Assembly (NCBI GenBank): GCA_019561615.1
Contig: JAHEQA010000034.1
Location: forward strand, 1-10,867
Reading direction: 5' to 3'
From: Methanothermococcus sp. SCGC AD-155-E23
GTDB lineage: Archaea; AGJL01; Methanococci; Methanococcales; Methanococcaceae
DNA length: 10,867 nucleotides
The position numbers and the translations under genes were made by a program. Positions 6,154 to 10,867 of this stretch are shown one piece after another (position 1 is the first letter of the stretch; each line of letters begins with the position of its first letter). The notes under the pieces were generated by a model. The model was given only the letters and a program-made list of their open reading frames with translations, was not told the origin of the DNA and ran no database searches.

Positions 6154-7770
6154 TCACATTAGCTCCTCAATTGGGATTAAATCACTGTACTCTACAACTC
6201 CATGAAGTGCAGAGACCTCTAGAGGTATACCTCTACTCCTAAGTAGGGCGAAGGGATTCATACCTCCAAAACATATATACCCAAACATGTTCTTCTCCAC
6301 CTTAACACCACATATGTCGTTGTTAGGTTTCCCCACCTTGTATATGCCCTTCCAATTCAAATCCTCTATTATCTCCAATAACCTATCCCTTGCAACCATG
6401 GGGGCCTTTCTAATCCCTGACAGTACCGTACTTTCTCCATCTACCCTGTCGAGGAATATCTCATGGGGATCTAGGGATGTTCCGTCGTAGGAGATAATAT
6501 CTATGAACCTGTCTTTAGAGAGTTCCAGTATACCCCCATAGTAGGGGATTACAGGGACCCCATACCTTACAAGTATCCCATCCACTGTAGAGGAGCAGAG
6601 GGTGGTTATCACCAATTTATTCCCTCTATACTCAAAACCTACCCTCCCAGACACTATCATACCCCTTCTATAACATCTATCTAGAGCCTCCAACACCTCC
6701 TCCTCATATCTCTTATCTAGATAACATCTATTTATCAAGACCTTACCTCTCTCCTCTTCAATACTGTAATCCACCATATGTATCATGGAGAGCATCTTGG
6801 AGAGTACAGATACTATCTTAAATTTTCCCCTTTTCTTTAAAGGTTTTAAAGATCTCTTACTTACCCTCTCCATGGTGGAGGTATCTACGATATCACATGC
6901 GGCACTGATCTTCAGGGGGTATCCCATCTCTACCAGGGGGCATATAGGGGATAACCCACCTACCAGGACCACCCCCACCTCGTTATCCTTTAAACATAGT
7001 CCTAAGACATTCTCCTCGCCGTAACTTAGTATCCCGTTTAATCTATCTTCCTCTACAATTCTTTCAAATTTATCCAGGACTACCTTGGGGATAACCCTGA
7101 AGTTTGCAGGGAGATATCCCTCCCCATTCTCTATGATACCTAGTACATCAGTCTTTCCCCTGGATATAAAGGCCTCTAGAGGATCTATGGAGGATTTACT
7201 AAAGTCTATAACACCTTCGAAGGTCACAGGTTCGTGATCCTCAAACTTTACTATACCCCCATATTTTATCATGGGGTATATACCTCTCTTCATAAGGTAG
7301 CTGTCAAAGGTTATGGAACAGGGTGTCTCCACTGTAACAGTGTCCCCTTCCCTCCTTACATTTATAAAGTCTCCTATGGAGAAACCACTACTTACAACCT
7401 TCAATACCCACTCCCTCACCACCTTATAATCTCCCTCGACAACAGTCCTGTTGATAACAACATTTCTCGGAAAGTCTGCCAGATATATCTTCTCCAACAT
7501 CTTGGAGAATACAAATCCTACCCGATAGGAGATATTGGCCTTATTTAACTCCTCAAGTCCTCTCTCAGTTATGACCCTACCGTAGTATCCCACCTTCTTA
7601 GTTAAACCCATCTCATCCAGTTCTTGGAGATGATATCTAACAGCCCTCTCCCCTAACTCATAACCTCGTTTTTTAAGTTCCTCTGCTATTACCTTGGCAC
7701 CTACAGGCCTGTCGTACTGAGCTAGAATACTTAGTATCTCTATAAGTTTTTCATCTAGGTCCTGTTCCAA
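6154..7770 (-). CDS. nrpR: Global nitrogen repressor NrpR (winged HTH plus two NRD domains)
   Basis: N-terminal wHTH (PVGAKVIAEEL-x-KRGY-x-LGERAVRYHL-x2-LDE-x-GLT) followed by two homologous NRD repeats (TPCSITFD..YGG..SIDPLEAF..GGLSP and TLCSSTVDG..YGG..SLDPHEIF..GGMNP). 538 aa. TTG start 4 nt after GGTGA. Confidence 0.94.
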   Translation of the reverse strand: MEQDLDEKLIEILSILAQYDRPVGAKVIAEELKKRGYELGERAVRYHLQELDEMGLTKKVGYYGRVITERGLEELNKANISYRVGFVFSKMLEKIYLADFPRNVVINRTVVEGDYKVVREWVLKVVSSGFSIGDFINVRREGDTVTVETPCSITFDSYLMKRGIYPMIKYGGIVKFEDHEPVTFEGVIDFSKSSIDPLEAFISRGKTDVLGIIENGEGYLPANFRVIPKVVLDKFERIVEEDRLNGILSYGEENVLGLCLKDNEVGVVLVGGLSPICPLVEMGYPLKISAACDIVDTSTMERVSKRSLKPLKKRGKFKIVSVLSKMLSMIHMVDYSIEEERGKVLINRCYLDKRYEEEVLEALDRCYRRGMIVSGRVGFEYRGNKLVITTLCSSTVDGILVRYGVPVIPYYGGILELSKDRFIDIISYDGTSLDPHEIFLDRVDGESTVLSGIRKAPMVARDRLLEIIEDLNWKGIYKVGKPNNDICGVKVEKNMFGYICFGGMNPFALLRSRGIPLEVSALHGVVEYSDLIPIEELM

Positions 7771-7808
7771 GGTATCACCGCTTAGTGCTAGGAAGATACC
7801 TATCTGGA
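7766..7808 (-). promoter_or_regulatory. Predicted mRNA hairpin spanning the FIST stop codon and the nrpR SD/start
   Basis: In the mRNA UCCA-GAU-AGGUAUC-UUCCUAGCACUAAGCGGU-GAUACCU-UGGA, AGGUAUC pairs with GAUACCU (7 bp) and UCCA pairs with UGGA across a 3-nt bulge. Folded by eye only. Confidence 0.4.
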
Positions 7809-9035
7809 GATTATCTCGTTACCAATTAGTAACATGGTAGAGGTCTGGTTGTAGTGGCCTATAGACCCTCCCAAGGTACTTCCCTGTTCTCCATAGGTGT
7901 TAAATCCAATTACAGGTACGTCACCTAATAACTCCTTGATTATCTTGAGATCGTTTACATTCTCTCTTTCAGTGAGAAGGTATCTCAGTATACAGTTGAA
8001 AATAACAATTGCACCTATCTCCTCTGGATTCCCAGCACTGTGGAGGGCGTTAAGTAGAGTTCTCTTAAAAGATTCAATTATATGGTCCCTGTCAGTATCC
8101 ATAATAGTTAGATAGCTCCCCTGGTGCACTGCAGAGTAGAAGGTGATACTACCATCTGGATTTACATGGGCGGCACTCTTGATAATATACTCTCCGTAAA
8201 CATCTGAGGATTTAACACCTACAGGGGTCTTGGCAAATACTTGAGGAGTCAATTCATCCACTCCAAGTAACTCCTTCATAACCTCAGAGGCAGGTCTACC
8301 ATCTAACTCATAAACTACTCTTCCCCTGGCCTTGGTTACAAGGGCTCCAGCCTCTGTGGGATAGAAGGGATGGCCATATCCAGTACCTATCTTCAAGGCA
8401 CTACTTAGGGTAGCAACTACCCCTGCATCTGTATACACTCCATTGGCAAATTGATAGGTCCTTTCAACCTTCAAGTCGTCTCCAGTGGATCCTCCCACTA
8501 TACAACTGTTACATCCAACGGTAGATATGATACCCTTTATAAACTCTTCCTCAACTCCAGCTAGACCATCTGGGATGATGATGTTAACGAAGGGTTTCAT
8601 CTTTAAGAGATCTAGACCTCTCTTTTTCATAAAAGCTATGGATATTATGGCAGAGGCTGTGGGATTGTCCTTCAAAGAGGCGTAGGCCCTACAGATTGCA
8701 TTCTTTCCACATTCCAAGGGATTTTTAGATAGTCCTTCCCCTACTCCAACACCTACTTTTAGATAAGGACTCTTCAGTGTCATCACCGCCACAGTACCTC
8801 TCTTTGGTTTCCCCACCACACTGGAAAACTCCCCTGCAGTGGTACCACCGATGATGTGGGAGTTACCAACCTTTTCCCTTATCTCCCTGTAGACCTCATG
8901 GGGATTGAAATGGGAGGAGGCAAAGACTATAGTTAAGTCAGGGGTTCTACAGCTCTCCAGGGCCTCCTCAAGGGCTTCACTGGGACTGGAGGATTGACCT
9001 ACTCCAACTTCAAGTATCTTTCTCCCCGTCATCAT
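7800..9035 (-). CDS. Stand-alone FIST-domain (FIST_N + FIST_C) sensory protein
   Basis: FIST hallmarks: TIVFASS, IGGTTAGEF, PDGL, VGGSTGDD, VTKA-x-GRVVYELDGRPA, FNCILR, GFNTYGEQ and HYNQT. No appended kinase or cyclase domain. Start is ATG 9035 or 9032 after GAGGTAGA. Confidence 0.88.
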   Translation of the reverse strand: MMTGRKILEVGVGQSSSPSEALEEALESCRTPDLTIVFASSHFNPHEVYREIREKVGNSHIIGGTTAGEFSSVVGKPKRGTVAVMTLKSPYLKVGVGVGEGLSKNPLECGKNAICRAYASLKDNPTASAIISIAFMKKRGLDLLKMKPFVNIIIPDGLAGVEEEFIKGIISTVGCNSCIVGGSTGDDLKVERTYQFANGVYTDAGVVATLSSALKIGTGYGHPFYPTEAGALVTKARGRVVYELDGRPASEVMKELLGVDELTPQVFAKTPVGVKSSDVYGEYIIKSAAHVNPDGSITFYSAVHQGSYLTIMDTDRDHIIESFKRTLLNALHSAGNPEEIGAIVIFNCILRYLLTERENVNDLKIIKELLGDVPVIGFNTYGEQGSTLGGSIGHYNQTSTMLLIGNEIISR

Positions 9036-9063
9036 TTCTACCTCTGTCCCATTTCTGTTAATA

Positions 9064-9080
9064 ACTTAAAATTATCTTTC
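9064..9080 (-). promoter_or_regulatory. Possible BRE/TATA-like promoter for the FIST gene
   Basis: The - strand reads GAAAGATAA-TTTTAAGT in the 50-nt gap, about 30 nt upstream of the start codon. The TATA match is imperfect. Confidence 0.3.
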
Positions 9081-9085
9081 TTTCA

Positions 9086-10027
9086 CTATTTATAGGCCCT
9101 ATTTTGATTTTTTAATATATCCAATTTCTTTAATATCTCACATACCTTACACACCTCAGAGGCAGAGGGGTTACCACAGTACTTACATACCTTACTCTCC
9201 CTCTCAAGGGGTAGGTACTTTACCAGTCTCTCAAAACCTGCAACAATGGAGTACTTTCTCCCCGGGTGCCTCCTCTCCAGGAGATCCAGTATCTCCGAGA
9301 TCTCACTTCGATAGGAGAGGGAGGAGTAGGGGCAGGGCTCACTGTGATACTTAATACCCACTAGATCTGCAAAGAGTTTCACCTCGGCCTCAGGGATATA
9401 CTTTAAAGGTTTGATCCTCTTAACAAACTTGGGATGCTCAATACCCCTACCTAACATGGCCAATTTCCTAATATCCCCCTCTATGTAATTCATCATCACA
9501 GCCTGGGCAATATCATCTAGGTTATGACCAATTGCCAGATAATTACATCCTAGTTCTAGAGCCATAGTGTTCAATATCCTCCTCCTAATTACTCCACAGA
9601 AGGTGCAGGGGTTGGCGGTGATATTCCTCTCCCTGGCCCTCTCCACTATCTCATCTAGGGTACACCCTATAAATTCCTCGAAGGTTGTGATACGATAGGG
9701 TATGTTGTACTCCTCACAGAACCTCACCGCCAACTCCACACCTTTTTTCCTAAACCCCTCTATACCCTCGTCTACTATCAGTCCTACAACCTCTGAGTTA
9801 GGTATTGGGTCATAGTACTCCCTAAGTAGATAGGCCATCACTAAACTGTCTTTACCTCCACTTAGTCCCATTCCAATTTTTATATGCTGTCTAATTATCT
9901 CCCTACCTAGGGTCTTTCTCACCTTCTTTTTTATATACCTAATAAAACATTCCCTACAGAACCTTAGACCTGAGTGACGCTGGTAGTAGATAGACTCCCT
10001 CCCTTTACAGATACTACATATCTCCAT
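9086..10027 (-). CDS. ncsA: tRNA 2-thiouridine synthase, NcsA/TtuA/Ctu1 family (PP-loop, Fe-S)
   Basis: N-terminal CSIC/CREC and C-terminal CKYC/CKVC zinc fingers, SGGKDS PP-loop, cluster ligands CTFC and CPY, GHNLDD and RIKPL. The family is secure; U34 (NcsA) versus U54 (TtuA) specificity cannot be fixed from sequence by eye. Confidence 0.82.
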   Translation of the reverse strand: MEICSICKGRESIYYQRHSGLRFCRECFIRYIKKKVRKTLGREIIRQHIKIGMGLSGGKDSLVMAYLLREYYDPIPNSEVVGLIVDEGIEGFRKKGVELAVRFCEEYNIPYRITTFEEFIGCTLDEIVERARERNITANPCTFCGVIRRRILNTMALELGCNYLAIGHNLDDIAQAVMMNYIEGDIRKLAMLGRGIEHPKFVKRIKPLKYIPEAEVKLFADLVGIKYHSEPCPYSSLSYRSEISEILDLLERRHPGRKYSIVAGFERLVKYLPLERESKVCKYCGNPSASEVCKVCEILKKLDILKNQNRAYK

Positions 10028-10086
10028 CCTATCCCCTTTGATCTTCTAATTATAGTTATCATGGTAAAAATAAAAATGGTGAAAAG

Positions 10087-10867
10087 ATGATGAAGTTGGA
10101 GGAGTACGTTGAACATTTAAAAAAGTTAGTTGAACTGGAGAGAAAGGCGGAGATAGAGGCTATGAAAGAGGAGATGAGAAGGTTAAGTGGGGAGAAGAGG
10201 GAGAGGTTAGGTAGGGCTATCCTAGGGTTAAATGGGAAGGTGATCGGTGAGGAATTCAACTATAAGCTGGTGAAGTACGGTAGGAAAAAGGAGATTAAAA
10301 CTGAGATAGGTGTTGGGGATCTAGTGGTGATAAGTAAGGGTAACTCCTTAAAAAGTGATCTCGTTGGTACTGTAACTGAGAAGGGGAGGCGTTACATTGT
10401 AGTTGCCCTGGAGAGTGTCCCCTCCTGGGCTCTGAAGGATGTTAGGATCGATCTCTACGCCAACAATGTAACCTTCAGGAGGCAGATAGAGAATCTAGAG
10501 AAACTTAGTGAAAGTGGGAAGAAAGCCTTAAAATTTCTCCTGGGGTTGGAGAGGCCTAAGGAGAGTAGGGAGGTGGAATTTAAACCCTGTGATGAAAATT
10601 TAAATGAGAGCCAGAGGAGGGCTGTTAGCCTATCCCTTGGAAGTGAGGATTTCTTCCTAATACATGGACCCTTTGGTACTGGAAAGACCAGGACTGTTAC
10701 AGAGGTTATACTTCAGGAGGTGAAGAGGGGGAGAAAGGTACTTGCCACTGCCGAGAGTAATATAGCAGTAGATAACTTAGTTGAGCGTCTCTGGGGAAAG
10801 GTTAAACTGGTTAGGGTAGGACATCCCTCCAAGGTCTCGAAACATCTTAAGGAGTCCACCTTGTACT
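10087..10867 (+). CDS. IGHMBP2/Upf1-like (DNA2/NAM7) superfamily 1 helicase, 3' truncated by window edge; absent from the ORF track
   Basis: Manually translated open frame from ATG 10087 (GGTGA SD 4 nt upstream) to the window end: MMKLEEYVEHLKKLVELERKAE..., Q motif LNESQRRAV, Walker A IHGPFGTGKT, motif Ia VLATAESNIAVDNLVERL, and VRVGHP. Confidence 0.92.
   Translation, partial: MMKLEEYVEHLKKLVELERKAEIEAMKEEMRRLSGEKRERLGRAILGLNGKVIGEEFNYKLVKYGRKKEIKTEIGVGDLVVISKGNSLKSDLVGTVTEKGRRYIVVALESVPSWALKDVRIDLYANNVTFRRQIENLEKLSESGKKALKFLLGLERPKESREVEFKPCDENLNESQRRAVSLSLGSEDFFLIHGPFGTGKTRTVTEVILQEVKRGRKVLATAESNIAVDNLVERLWGKVKLVRVGHPSKVSKHLKESTLY

Noticed and set aside
7765-7794. TTCC and GGAA half-sites around the nrpR start as a possible NrpR autoregulatory operator
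   Set aside because: The NrpR operator is GGAA-N6-TTCC; here the order is inverted and the spacing is 22 nt. No proper operator was seen in any intergenic region.
1508-8685. Plus-strand ORFs in the track opposite the - strand genes (1508, 1703, 2544, 2875, 3192, 3950, 4030, 4566, 5114, 5916, 6287, 6785, 7234, 7897, 8485)
   Set aside because: They are antisense shadows of well-supported genes, Ser/Pro/Leu-rich, with no recognisable motifs.
10059-10259. 66-aa minus-strand ORF
   Set aside because: Antisense shadow of the helicase 5' end.
10666-10689. Walker A variant GPFGTGKT instead of GPPGTGKT
   Set aside because: The GxxGxGKT consensus is intact; there is no sign of inactivation.
1-10867. 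Selenocysteine recoding, inteins, tRNA introns, CRISPR repeats
   Set aside because: No in-frame TGA interrupts any recognised gene, no protein shows an intein-sized insertion, both tRNAs are contiguous, and no periodic repeats were seen.

Overview
Core archaeal genome segment, most consistent with a thermophilic Methanococcales methanogen. The evidence is GGTGA-type Shine-Dalgarno (SD) sites, BRE-TATA promoters, a full-length NrpR, a short RpoD and ArfB. The minus strand carries a long co-oriented run: NcsA/TtuA-family tRNA thiolase, a stand-alone FIST-domain protein, nrpR, tRNA-Ser(GGA), rps13-rps4-rps11-rpoD-rpl18e-rpl13-rps9-rpoN, tRNA-Pro(GGG), rpoK and a degenerate enolase-like gene. On the plus strand it is flanked by the 3' end of an ADP-forming acyl-CoA synthetase plus arfB (left) and the 5' part of an IGHMBP2/Upf1-like SF1 helicase (right). 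No mobile element, CRISPR array or long repeat was seen. The best candidate for something new is the FIST-nrpR pair, joined by a predicted mRNA hairpin that covers the FIST stop codon and the nrpR SD and start. Also notable are an apparently catalytically dead enolase paralogue and strong U-tracts inside the tRNA/ribosomal-protein operon. All calls are from motif recognition by eye; no searches were run.
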